From assembly GCF_037042905.1 (NCBI RefSeq), contig NC_087245.1:2668001-2732000 (forward strand): 64,000 nucleotides of DNA, given 5' to 3'. Source of the DNA: Lytechinus pictus (taxonomy: Eukaryota). Positions 27,774-40,534 of the stretch are shown here, piece by piece. Position 1 is the first letter of the stretch; each line of letters begins with the position of its first letter. The notes beneath the pieces were generated by a model. The model ran no database searches and was not told the DNA's origin. It was given only the letters and a program-made list of their open reading frames with translations. The position numbers and the translations under genes are program-made.

Positions 27774-29364
27774 GTCCTTCGGTCGTCGGCTTTACCTTAT
27801 TTGGTTTAGTACGACCCCACCTTCTACACCTCGCGCAAATCGGACTCTAAACACGAAGTGTTGGGGCAAAATGGACATCCTTTATAAAACATTTTAATTT
27901 TGTTTTATCATTCCCGCAAATTCGACCCTAAACACGTAATTTTCCTGGCGAAATAGACACCCTTTTTTCATTATTTTTGTGTTTTTGACACCCTTATCAC
28001 GTTACGTACGTAACGTGCCCTATCGTGAAAAGGACATCCTTTTTACGTGTTTTTTTGGTCGTGCATGGTATCCACTCGTCAATGTAAGTGGCCCCTCCGG
28101 GCAGATGCTTCACTGTCTGAATAGGTACACGCACTACATGTACGTGCAATGAGCTTTGATCCTATAATTACAGTACAGCTCTTGGCTCATACATTATTTT
28201 CTGCATGGCTGTGTATAAAATGTAAATTTCTAATAAAAAAATAAATGCACATTTTGAAAATGCTTATTATTAATAAAAAGAATTACAAAATAGTGTGCAC
28301 CACTGAACGGACTAGGAAAATACCAGCATAAGTTCTTAATTGTGTTAAATGATTTTTATTGTGTCCTATCTGTTTCACTAAAAACAGGTGCAGAGACAAA
28401 TGTGAATCATGACCAATGGCTAAATTTATTCAATTTCCATAATGAATGCCAGTTATTTAAACAATTTGACTGAAAATCTAAGTGAAAAAATAATGTTTTT
28501 CTCTGTAGATGAATATTAATGTTCCAGTGTGACTATAATTCACAGATGTAGAACTTTAAATATTTTGGCATCCTTTTTATATCAGAAAAAAATTTCATTC
28601 CTTTGATCAAAATCTTATAATTGGAGCAAAAAGGGAGCCATATCATAAAATATATGAAATTTTCATTGTTTTGATCAGTGAATTTTTACTCTATTTAATA
28701 AGATACAATTATTTTCAGGTGGTTTAACTCTTAAAACATCTTTAACAAAAAAAAACCCATCTATTCCTTAAATGGTTAAATGACAGTCGACATCAGAATC
28801 AATTACATGGATGGGGTTATTTTGAAAAACAAGGGTGTTGACATGAATCTTCATGATAGCTAGCTGGCTAGAATAAACAACCACTTCCTTTTATCCCTTT
28901 CCGGCTTCTTCCTATCTCTATCTCTCTATCTTCCTCTGGATATCTTTCTCCTCTCAATTTTTCTGTTTAGGTTTAATGCAGTATCTATGCACTTTTAATA
29001 CCACTTGTCTCATATTCACAAATTTTCTCTTTTTAATAATTCTAGAAGTTATCAATTACAAATTTACAGCAATTAAAAAAAGAAATCTCAGCTTGTATAC
29101 CAGGATCCATTGATTTCATGTATGTCACTTTCAGAATTCAACAATAAAGTCATATGTTAATTATATAATACTCATAAAGTAATCTTCTATGAAAATAAAT
29201 TATTTAAAAAATGTAATGGACAGAGAAAATAAGACATTAGGTAAAATTCTTGCCCCCCCCCCCCCAATTTCTATTTTCAATTCTAAGCTATCAATTTGAA
29301 GAAACAAAATAAAGAATGCAATAACATTGTACAGTTTCTATATTAGAAAGAAAAAAAAGTTTAA

Positions 29365-29955
29365 AGGTCAAGTCCACCCCACAAAATGTTGATTTGAATA
29401 AATAGAGAAAAATCAAATCAACAAAATGCTGAAAATTTCATCAAAATCGGATGTAAGATAAGAAAGTTATGACATTTTAAAGTTTTGCTTATTTTTCGCA
29501 AAACAGTGATATGCACAACTCAAAGGGGACAGTCGATGATGTCCCTCACTCACTATTTTTTTTGTTTTTTATTGTTTGAATTATACAGTATTTCATTTTT
29601 TATAGATTTGACAATAAGGACCAACTTGACTGAATCATATAGTATCAAACAATACTCATTACACATGTTCAGGGAGGAATTAATCATTGTTTCACTTGAC
29701 AATGAGGAGAAAAATAGGATATCCCTATTTTATATAATAAGATACAAAAGAAATAGTGAGTGGATGATGTCATCAGTCTCCTCATTTGCATACCCACCAG
29801 GATGTGCATATAACTGTTTTGTGAAATTTAACAAAATTTTAAAATGTCATAACTTTCTTATTTTACATCCGATTTTGATGAAATATTCAGTGTTATGCTT
29901 GTTGGATTTTTCTCTTTTTATTCAAATCAACTTTTGGATGGGGTGGACTTGTCCT
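29365..29955. mobile_element. Kolobok-type MITE, family A copy 2
   Basis: TTAA at 29361-29364 and 29956-29959. Same TIR and body as 7110-7699. Confidence 0.88.
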
Positions 29956-31931
29956 TTAAGACAATTTTGATACCAGTGTACTGGCAAAGCATGCTATTGA
30001 CTATAGGATCTTGCAAACAGTGAATTTACTGTACTGATACAATGAAAGGAAACAAACGTAAACATACTTCCACTGATGGAGCAATAAATGAAAATTCCTC
30101 TTTGACTGTTTGCTGCTAAGATTCATCCAAGGAGATTTATCAGATACCATAGATGACGAGAGGCTAGAGTCTAAAGGTCAATTCTTTCTTCAAGTTTTCC
30201 TCAGCGGACATGTATCTTTAACTAGGAAAGTCCAGTACTGTCAAAGAGGCCTACTGTACATCCATCTATGCACCATACACTGTACATGTATGCTCACCTT
30301 TAGATATATAGCTTGTAGACAGCCCTTTGTAGATATTGTATTGTTATTTGTATTTCATTCAATCTACATTAAAATCTGTGTACTATAAAACTAATTTTTA
30401 TATACCAGGGGTACGCAATTTTTTAAATATATTTACACTGGATACAATATAACAGAATAAAGAACCTTGATTAAACAGGGGGAAATGTTGTTATTTCCAA
30501 TTATACTATTTTAGGCCTATAAGCTGAAATAAAATTCTGCAATCTGATGACTAAAAGTCAGTAAGCAGATACTGAACAAAGATACAAGCTTTTATTTGCT
30601 ATTATAGTTTACCATACACTTATTATTAAAGAGGGATTGCTAAAGTAAGAGTCCACTCCCATTCTTTATCCCTAATTCAAGGCCTATTATTAATATAACA
30701 GTAAATGGGCCTATTCTCATGCCTTACTGTGTATGACCAAGTCTTTTGTAGACCAATGATGACTCATATCTTAGGGTACAACACCACACACACACACACC
30801 CACCTCTTATCAATGGACCAGAAGTAGTTCTTTTGTGATGGAATAATAGAGGTCTCCATTTCTTTGTGACCTAAAAACACCCAACATGAAGTTCTATAAA
30901 ATGGGACAATGTCTACATACTGTCTGTGTACACAGTTCTAGATCAGGGACTTCTTTATGTTTCAATGAATGGTTCAATGAAGGATCTGTGAGTGATAATT
31001 ATGTATTGTTAAGAAACAAAAAGGCAGGATGTACAGTATGATCATATATTCTAAAGAAAATGTAGGCTAAATTGTAGGCAGACATTGTAGGCAGATATTT
31101 ATAAACATGTTCACGTTTCATTCTCCTGGAAAGAATAAATACAGATATTCACGTCTGCCTTGAACACAGCCTTGAGTAGGTCCAACATCACAGAAAAGGC
31201 ACAAGCAATTGATTGGGTATTAAACTTAGATGAACTGAACGAGACACCCATATTGATTTCTTTGTGCAATAACAATTATTGCATGGTATATCACTGCATA
31301 CTATACCAACACTTGTGTACCCCGGTATGTGAAAGTCCCAGTTGACATTCACTATGGAATTAATCAAGGAGCTCCTTGAATTAATTCAAGCAAATATAAT
31401 TTTTCATTTGAGCTGAGATTTAATACATAGGCCTATTATTTAAACATGGATCTAAAAAAACATAAATCCTACTATTTGTTTGTTAAAAAGTTTGTTTTAC
31501 TCTTTTATATGACTTACATGTACATACTGTATATGTAGTGATGATTTCTTTCACTGCTCTCTAAATTTCAGAATCACAGGTAAAATCTACCCCAACTACT
31601 AGATGATTTGAAATAGAGGAAAATATAACTATGACATCATCATTCACGTACTGAAAGTGCCATAAAAATGGATGTACGAAACTAAGGCAGATTTAAGTTT
31701 TATTTGTTTCATATTAAACAATTCCATACACAGCATAGATAGGCTGAAAATCTGTGTTTATTTATTATTTTAATATTCATATATTGTGGTTTTGATGTTT
31801 GACTATGCTAGTCATCTCAAAATTTTTGTTGTTGTTGTAAATACCCTTCTTACTAATCATGGAAGACCTGTTAGATTCAAATCTATATTAAAGAGAATTG
31901 CCTAAATTGTACAGAGAGAAGAAGCTACATA

Positions 31932-32368
31932 GACCCCGTTCTCATTACTGCCCTTAAACTAGTGGAAACTAGTTTAACGTGTAATGAGAAGCGGTCTTTG
32001 AAGCGATCTTCCAAACCAGTTCGGAAAACCACCTCACAATGTAGTGTTCAAGATCGCTTTGCCTCGTTAAACTGATTTAGCATGAGGACACAACTGTTTT
32101 TCAAGAAGCGATCTTCATACATTTTGAGCGCGCTACTCCACACACTGTGTGTAGAATGTCTACGCTGCGGTTTCGAATTTTGCAAGAAACATGTCACCCC
32201 CACTGAGAGCGTTCCCATGGCAACAAGGCCACTTTACGTTAAGTGGTTTTGAAAACCACTTTTGGCTGATCAAATGGGAACGCTAGCAAAGCGATCTTCC
32301 AAACTGGTTTCCTGAACCAATTTCCAGTATTAAAAACTAGTTTTAGAAAGTATAATGAGAATGGTGTC
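31932..32368. mobile_element. Non-autonomous TIR element
   Basis: GACCCCGTTCTCATTA / TAATGAGAATGGTGTC inverted ends. Internal AAGCGATCTTC repeats. Diverged partial copy at ~49900-50200. Confidence 0.7.
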
Positions 32369-34274
32369 CAATTCACACACAAAAAAACAAAAAAAACAAG
32401 TTCCTTAAAAAAATTTAATGGCCACTTTATCTGTAAGATTGGCATCTAAGATGATACTTTGATTACCAAAACTATAGTTTACCTTTGATTAAACAATTAT
32501 TTTTTTTTTTTTACTTTTTAAATTTGAAAATGCAACTGTAAATAACTAAATTCAGGTAAAACAGCACCATTAAACTTTCTAGAACTTCCAATCTGCTCAT
32601 CATTCTTTCACAATTTCAGTAACCTACATGTACATGTAGGCAAACTGTGCAAAATGCATCACTCTACCTACAATATTTATATCTGCCAAAGGTAGAGTAC
32701 TTGTATGTGGTCATACCAACAACCTAGCAATACAATATCTGGCCTGAACTTTTGCTGTGTAGTAGGCATACCGGTACATCAAAGTTCTCAAGAGACATAC
32801 TTTGCAATCAACAACATAGGCTGAATAGGAATACACATACACAGTGTGTACACACTACAGATAAACATAGCAAAGAAAATGAATATCATCATGTGACAAA
32901 CCAGTATAATATGTATATTGATTACCTTTTTCTTGTTCTTGACTTGCCATAATTACAAAGTCCTGAAAAAACGAAATTGCACAACTTGCAGAATATTCCC
33001 CAAAAGGAAGAGCAAAATATCCAGTTGTGTGTGGATTCTACTGTACCTCCACGCATATATAAAAATTCCAGACTTTTCACAGAACCACAGACTGTACTGC
33101 TCTATTGCTCATCTGTACAAAGGTATTTCCAAGGTTTAGATGTCGACCTCTATACCACTAGGTCATGTCTAACAGGACCCTTTGTACCGCCCAAGATCAA
33201 GTTGCTTTTACACCAATCAAAGTTAAGAGAAATAGGTCTGATAATGAAAAAAAGTATTGCTGCTCGAATAAAGAAAGAGAAAGAATGAAAGTTGTATTAA
33301 ATTCTGAAAAGTATTCAAGACTAAGAGGGGGAGAAAACATGTAGGGTGTAAAAGGGAAAGGAGGATAAAAAAAAATAGGGGCCTAAGCAGGGAGTATTGT
33401 GTTAAAATAAATTCAAAAGATTTTTTTTTTAAAGGGAAAACAAAGACGAAAGGAATCATAAAATGATGTACAGTCCTCAATGTGTCCAGAAGATTGAAGC
33501 ATACATCAAACTCACATATTGAGAGAACAGAATAAGCTCTTGCTCTTTTGGCTCTTTGGGTCTCCCTAACTAAACCATTATACTGTGTATATCATGTATA
33601 CCTTTGAATCTTGTGAATATGTAAGTGATAAAACATACAGTAAAATGAACAATAGGTTGAAGAAAAAAAAAAAGAGAAACTGGAACAATTCAAAGATGAG
33701 AGATTAAAATCCTCAATTTGAAAAAGAACCATGAAGTTTTAAACCACAAAGTATTTCATACACCAATAACAATACAGTACCATTTACAATACACACAACC
33801 AGTCAGTAGTCTTCTATTGTGAACAGCCAAATTGTTACATTTTATTCAGAGATGAATAGAACCAAAAAAAAAAAAAAAAATTTGGGGGGGCAATAAAAGC
33901 AAGAGAGGTCAACTACTCACCTATTTGGGAATACTGACAAAGTCATAGTTCACACTATGCCAAAATATAATTTTATATGCTAGAACAGCATGATTATCCT
34001 GTAGGCCTACATGTACATGTATGTAAACAGACCTGATATAGAGAGGGATTCTAGGTTTCATGTACGACACATGAGTCTATCACAGCACGAAATAGACTTA
34101 GGTAGATGAAAATTGATGGTGATACATGTCATTCACATATTCCCGATAGATACCAGTACAAACGGAAAATCAGTAACATTTTGTTAACACGCCGTCACAA
34201 CCTTATACACACATGGAGGTATGCTTTACGCTCATTGACAGCATCAAGGTGTATGATGTATTATAATGCACATA

Positions 34275-34752
34275 AGGTGGTTTCAGACCGCCTCGAAGTT
34301 CGCCAGTTCCAGGTATTCTCTGATCGGGAAATTTACCCCGATCAGAAAATACCAGGTATTTTGGCGGTGTGAAAGCAAACTACGCGTAATATCCCCGAAA
34401 GAAAATACCCGATAAATAGTAGGTACTTGGCGAAATTACGAGAACTTTCACGGGGATTTTTCCAAGGTCGTGGGTATTTTGGCGGTCTGAAAGCAAATTA
34501 CGGGAACTTTTAGCCCAGCGTGTCGTTGGGTGCGGCGCCGTGCATGGGTTGCTGCTGGGCTAGTGATTTTGAATTTCGCGCCTTGCTGCTTATCAGACCA
34601 TACTGCGCATGCTCGTAACTTCAGGAACTTATCCCGAAGGGTATGTTTCAGGGCGGTGTGAATGCAGGAATAATTAATGGGTATTTTTCAGCCTAAAAAA
34701 GTTCTCGTAATTTAACGGGGATTCTTGTGATCGAGGCGGTTTGAAACCACCT
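34275..34752. mobile_element. 478-bp MITE, copy 1
   Basis: TIR AGGTGGTTTCAGACCGCCTCGA / TCGAGGCGGTTTGAAACCACCT. Internal GGCGGTGTGAA repeats. Near-identical to 40057-40534. Confidence 0.9.
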
Positions 34753-34917
34753 ATTGTGACTTTGTCCATGGTGAAAGCACATTGAATAGTGTGATGCATT
34801 GCACAAAATATAAAGTGGGCAAAATTAATCGGCGATTGATCACACATTCTCCATTATCCATAGCATAAACAGAGTCTGAAGTGGTGCTCGATTATAGAGA
34901 AACTGACATTTAGATGT

Positions 34918-35670
34918 AACTAGAACTATCACAGAGGGTGATAAATAGGAGATGCCTATGCCGTTTCCATGTCAACAGTTTCCAACAGATGGAAAAACAA
35001 TATTTCTTGCCCATTTTTACCCCATGACCTACATGTATGTGTGAGCAAAATATCATGAGTATTGGTTAAATACTGATGAAGTAGTTTGAACCTATAAAAT
35101 TTTGCCTAATTTTTGACATATAATATATTGTTACCATGGCAAAATGAGTTCCAACACATTAAAAAAATATGTCTTGCACATCTTTACATCAAGATCAATG
35201 TGTGAGCCAAATTTTATGAGAATTGGTTGAAAATGGATGAAGCAATTACAACTGCAATTTTTTTACCCAATTTTTTCCATATAATACATGTATGTAGTTA
35301 CCATGATAACATGATGATTTCTGACACACAAAAAATGTGTTTTGCACATCTTTATGTCAATACTAATGTGTGTGCAGAATTTCATGAGAATTGGTTAAAA
35401 ACTGAGGAAATAGTTTGAACTGCAAGAATTTTACCATATTTTTGCCAAAATATACCGTTACCATGGCAACACAATTTCTGACACATGGCAAAAATGTGTT
35501 TTGAGCTTCTTCACACCAACACCAATATGTGTTTCAAGTTTCATGAGAATTGGTTAAAAACTGAGGAAGTAATTTGATGATTTGCAATGGACTGATGGAT
35601 TGACCGCCCAACCGTACGCTGCATGATGCTTATACTTGTACCCCCTTCAAACTGTTTGGCGGGGTATAAA
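34918..35670 (+). mobile_element. Helentron-associated (HINE/DINE-1-like) non-autonomous element with internal tandem repeats
   Basis: Starts AACTAGA. Four ~160-bp diverged units (GAG.ATTGGTT at ~35058, 35218, 35386, 35545), a GATGGA microsatellite-like segment, and a 3' stem-loop CCCC...GCGGGG followed by TATAAAA. Confidence 0.65.
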
Positions 35671-35873
35671 AATGGGTGATCTGTTGCAATTGGCTACTGA
35701 TAGCGCTATCACAAGTGCAGTATAACGTATGAAAGGGGATCAGTCTAAATTTAGTGAGTTTGACTCTTAATCTGAATAAACTTGAATGTTTTATGTCTGC
35801 AGCACAGTGTATAAAAATGTTAACTCAAACATGAACACAAATGTCAACACAAATATCAACAGAAATTTGAACA

Positions 35874-36344
35874 TATGGCAAGTTCCCCCAAGTCTGCGCA
35901 GTCCCCCTTGTCTGCGCACACACGTATCTGCGCGATTCTAGTAAAAGAAGATACGCAATGAACACAAACTTTACACATGCAATTGATAGACAGATATTCA
36001 TGAAAAAATCTGATTCAAAATGGTGGGAAAATAATGAATTTTGGGCATTTCTTGTGACGGCCTCAAAATGCAGCCTTTCTCATCAAAATCCCAGAATCGA
36101 GTGCAAAGTGAATGGGTGCGCAGACATGGGGCACTATTTTTACGTTCAATATGAAAATGACTGCCCGAGGTTTTTTCCAAGAAAATCATACTTGTATTTC
36201 TTTCAAATTTTTATGAAATATTTGGCACACTAACTCATGATGTAAGGAACATCATCAACTGAAAGATTTTGTGAAATAAAAAGAAATTTATGTTAAATCT
36301 TAACTCAAATCGTTAGGTGTGCAGACTTGGGGACCACCATCATA
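35874..36344. mobile_element. Non-autonomous TIR element with TA-bounded ends
   Basis: TATGG...CCCCAAGTCTGCGCA / TGCAGACTTGGGG...CATCATA. Internal TCTGCGCA/TGCGCAGAC repeats. Confidence 0.65.
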
Positions 36345-38054
36345 AACGTGTGCTCGCTATATACACTGGTTATGACATTCTGGTGTGGATTCGATTGTTT
36401 GAATTCAAACGTTTTTTTTAGAATATTGGTTTCTGCCAACAATAGTGCAAAGCAAATGGCTATATTCTGCACATATATGTACATACTACATATAGCTTCA
36501 GAGAATGTTGATTTTAATTGTTAAAAGAGAAAATATATATATTGTATATATTTATTTTAATTCAATGCAATTCAACAAGATTGTTTAATACTTGGCTACA
36601 CAATCATATATATTTCCTCAAGTTTTGTATAGTAGTTGACAACTCAATTTGTAAACTCTAACTATTAATGACTTTTAGTGTTTGAATAAATAGAAATGAA
36701 ATTGGAAACCAATATATTTTTGATCATGTGACCCTATTACAAGTTCAGGCTGTCTAGACTACCCTGTTAATAATACCTATAGGTCTATATCACATTCCAG
36801 AAAGGTATGTGATACGACAGACAAGAATTAGATGACATTTCCGTTGTTATTAACTTGTATTAATGATGGGGAATGAACTTTTCAAATAGGACTGTATGGG
36901 CTGTGGAAACAATATGAACCCCCCCCCCCCCGAAAAAAAAAATGGCCTTGAGTATAAAATTGTGTCAATGAAAAACGTCATCATCACAATCTTTAATTCC
37001 ATATGGAATTACACATGTAGATGCTATCCTTTCTCAATCTGAAAAACAGTTGTGTTATGTATTATTGAAAGACAGCATTAGGGGGGGGGGGGGAATTGGG
37101 ACTCTAATAACCATTATTTTGAAATAAAGAAATTTATGGGTATACATGTACGATGCAAAAAGTTCCCATTTGGAACAATGTCGAATATCATGTGATACTC
37201 TTGTTGTCTTCCATTATTCAACTTTACCGTTAATTGCTGTGACAGATATCCCTTTGTTCAAGCTAGAAAAGTTTCCAAGCAGGAAATCTCTCCTAAAGTG
37301 AAATTTGGTTTCTTGGTGTCACAGATTAACCTATAGTCACCACAATATCCTTTGCAGAGTCGATCACTGAACCCTTATGTCAAAGAAACTAAAATTACAA
37401 TCAAGTTCAATACTTGCACTAGTCTCATGCATGTACACATGTATGTACATCAAGATGGATCCTACTTTAAAACTAATTTCACCAATACTTACAAGGCACA
37501 TTTACAAAATTATTCACTTTTTCTGAAACTATCCCAATCAGACCTTTGTTGTTCACGATAATTTGTAGATACAAAAGTGCTTGACAATAATGCGCTCTTA
37601 GGTTTATTTTGAAAGCAAAACATTTTGAATTGCACCTTTAAGTATATTGGCAATAATTCTCTGCTGCAATCTGTCCACATTCCGCTTGACATTCACTACA
37701 CGAGCTGATGAATGCTAAACGCAGCGTGTGACTAGCATCCAGGCAGAAGAAATATAAAGAATAGCCGCTACCTTCATGCTAAGGATGATGAACATTTGAA
37801 TGATAACAACGTACATGTGGGTGGGGAATACACCTACATGTACGTGTAGCGACGACGAGAGTGAAGATAGCATTCACAAGAAATATAGATAACTGATATT
37901 GGAAATATCTTTACCATCATAAGAACCTACATGTATAGGCGTAAAGATTGTAATGACAATGATGGTCAAAGAGGAGATAATGGTAACAAAAAAAAGCATA
38001 GGCCTAATGATGATGACGCTAAATTGATATTATACATGAAGGATAGATATAAAT

Positions 38055-38142
38055 AGATGATGTTCATGATGGTAACAATGATGATGATGATGATAATGAG
38101 GGTGGTGGTGATGATGATGGTGATAATGATGACAAAGATGGT
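38055..38142. repeat. Degenerate (GAT)n/(GGT)n trinucleotide repeat
   Basis: Directly visible. Confidence 0.85.
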
Positions 38143-40056
38143 GTCCACGACAAGGAAAGATAAAAAGCTGTACCATGTGGAATTGTGGATCTTTATACAA
38201 TTTAAAGACTATTTCTTTTTTAATGATTGAAGTCAATTTTCATGATGACAATGAGATTGTAGCCCTTATCCCATCAGGCCCCTGAAACATTTCCTTAGCA
38301 CATCACTCTTTTATATACGGTATTTAGAAACTTATTAAAGTGGTCTATCGGCACATCCCTGATCAGAAATATCAAGAGAGACCTTCAAATCCCGGTGTTG
38401 CAGTTATCTTTTCTCATCCCATGTAGGTTCAGGCAATGCCCTAATAAAGAAGAAAACATTGTAATTGATCTATTTTTCTCCTCGATGTGGTTTGAATCTA
38501 ATTGGAAATGAACCTTCTGAAAAAAACTCAGATATATATCACTTTAAGCATATCATTGAAAACAGAATTTACATTTAGATCAAATTTACAATCTCAAACT
38601 TTAAGTTTTGTTGACAGGCGAAATACTCATGATTATTTTTACCAGGTGTGCTCAAATTGGAAGATTTATGAAGCTACTTTCCAGCCCATCCCAATTCACA
38701 TGTCTTAGGATTTCTGACAGAAATGAGCAAATAAACTCTACTACAGGACTATTTATCTGTAGCTTTCATGGAAATGTATTGCAAGTTTTGAGGAATAATA
38801 TAGTACTGCATACAGGTAGTTGCTAGTCTTGAATTAGTATTAAAAAGACAGAACTGCTTTATAGTCCCCTCCCATATTTACAGTGTACTTGTATTTTTTT
38901 TAAACACAAGTACAAATTCAAAATAGAGAAAAACTAATGTACATGAAATGATCAAGTACTGTATATATAAAGGTACATGTAGAGTATACCCAGTACATGT
39001 ATGCTGCCCTGGTACTTTTAATGAGGCCATTACAGAGAATTCATGCAGAATGTTTTAATGGAATGGACAATGACATGGAAAGACCTTTATTCGTGTAGGC
39101 CTATGCAATTACTTTATGACATGAAATATCAAGTTTAAAATTTACACACTAGAAATAAATTCAACTTCTAAATGTTTCCATGCAAAGGAGAAGAGTGCAG
39201 TGGTTTCACGGTACACCATGTATTCATTTTAGGAATACATGTATGTTACTCCTAAAAAGAACCACCCAATCTCAATGTTTCGACAAGTGTGTTCTTGTTG
39301 TCTTCAAGAGAATGAGCAAAAAATGTATACATGAATTCTGGAGTTAATCTGCCATTTACCCCCCCCCCCAAGAAAAAATAAATCTCAACCATAAGGGTGG
39401 GAAAAAAATAAAAAAAATTGAAAGATTATTTCTTGTAAAACACAAAAAATAACAGGCCTACCCCTTTCATAAATTAACTCTTAAAGTATGATAGATTTTA
39501 TGTGGATCAGAAAAATGTGGATCAGAAAAATGCGGACTCATCATTAAAATCATGTTCATGAATTCAGAAATAGTCTGCATTTTGAGAGTGCAGTATAAAG
39601 GAAATACATGGCATCACAAGTTAGTGCAGTGCATGCATGTGGGAATAAGAAAATTCGACCACAGAATGAGCCACATCATTTTTGGAATCCCATTCATGAA
39701 TTCAAAAAATGAGATTGGGCCCTAGTAACAGAAATTATCTGCATTATTCTGATCTCTGATCATCCATGAATTACAAAGAAATAAGTTGCATCCGATCCGC
39801 ATCCATGAGTTCATGAAAGAGGTATGAAATTGCTTTTTACTTTTCTAGTATTAAATAACAGGTACATGTACAATGTACAGTATAACTCTGGGTTATGAAG
39901 ACAGACATACTGAAGGCAGAGTATCAATTTCAGCAGTCAATTCTAATTATGCAAAACTAAACTTTATTACCTCTACAAATGTATAAACAACCTCATAATT
40001 CCCATAAAAATTTCCTCTCTCTTCCAGGAAAATTTTTATCCTCACCAGGTCTCATG

Positions 40057-40534
40057 AGGTGGTTTCAGACCGCCTCGAAGTTCGCCAGTTCCAGGTATTC
40101 TCTGATCGGGAAATTTACCCCGATCAGAAAATACCAGGTATTTTGGCGGTGTGAAAGCAAACTACGCGTAATATCCCCGAAAGAAAATACCCGATAAATA
40201 GTAGGTACTTGGCGAAATTACGAGAACTTTCGCGGGGATTTTTCCAAGGTCGTGGGTATTTTGGCGGTCTGAAAGCAAATTGCGGGAACTTTTAGCCCAG
40301 CGTGTCGTTGGGTGCGGCGCCGTGCATGGGTTGCTGCTGGGCTAGTGATTTTGAATTTCGCGCCTTGCTGCTTATCAGACCATACTGCGCATGCTCGTAA
40401 CTTCAGGAACTTATCCCGAAGGGTATGTTTCAGGGCGGTGTGAATGCAGGAATAATTAATGGGTATTTTTCAGCCTAAAAAAGTTCTAGTAATTTAATGG
40501 GGATTCTTGTGATCGAGGCGGTTTGAAACCACCT
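40057..40534. mobile_element. 478-bp MITE, copy 2
   Basis: Same TIRs as 34275-34752. Flanked by ATG on both sides. Confidence 0.9.

Larger units (their letters stand above)
25358..28101. mobile_element. Outer non-autonomous DNA transposon (CCCGG termini, 8-bp TSD), interrupted by nested insertions
   Basis: TSD CAGATGCT at 25350-25357 and 28102-28109. ~45 bp imperfect TIR CCCGGGGGGGCCACTT...GGATACCATGCGCGACCA / TGGTCGTGCATGGTATCC...AAGTGGCCCCTCCGGG. Confidence 0.88.

Noticed and set aside
27422..27809. Phe/Leu/Ser-rich membrane-protein-like ORFs
   Set aside because: Translation of a pyrimidine-rich low-complexity tract inside a hAT-like element.
29485..29970. 161-aa ORF, the longest in the window
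   Set aside because: Lies within a MITE, has no transposase motifs, and the sister copy at 7110-7699 does not keep it open.
37966..38236. His-rich and Ile-rich ORFs
   Set aside because: Translations of a (GAT)n/(GGT)n simple repeat.
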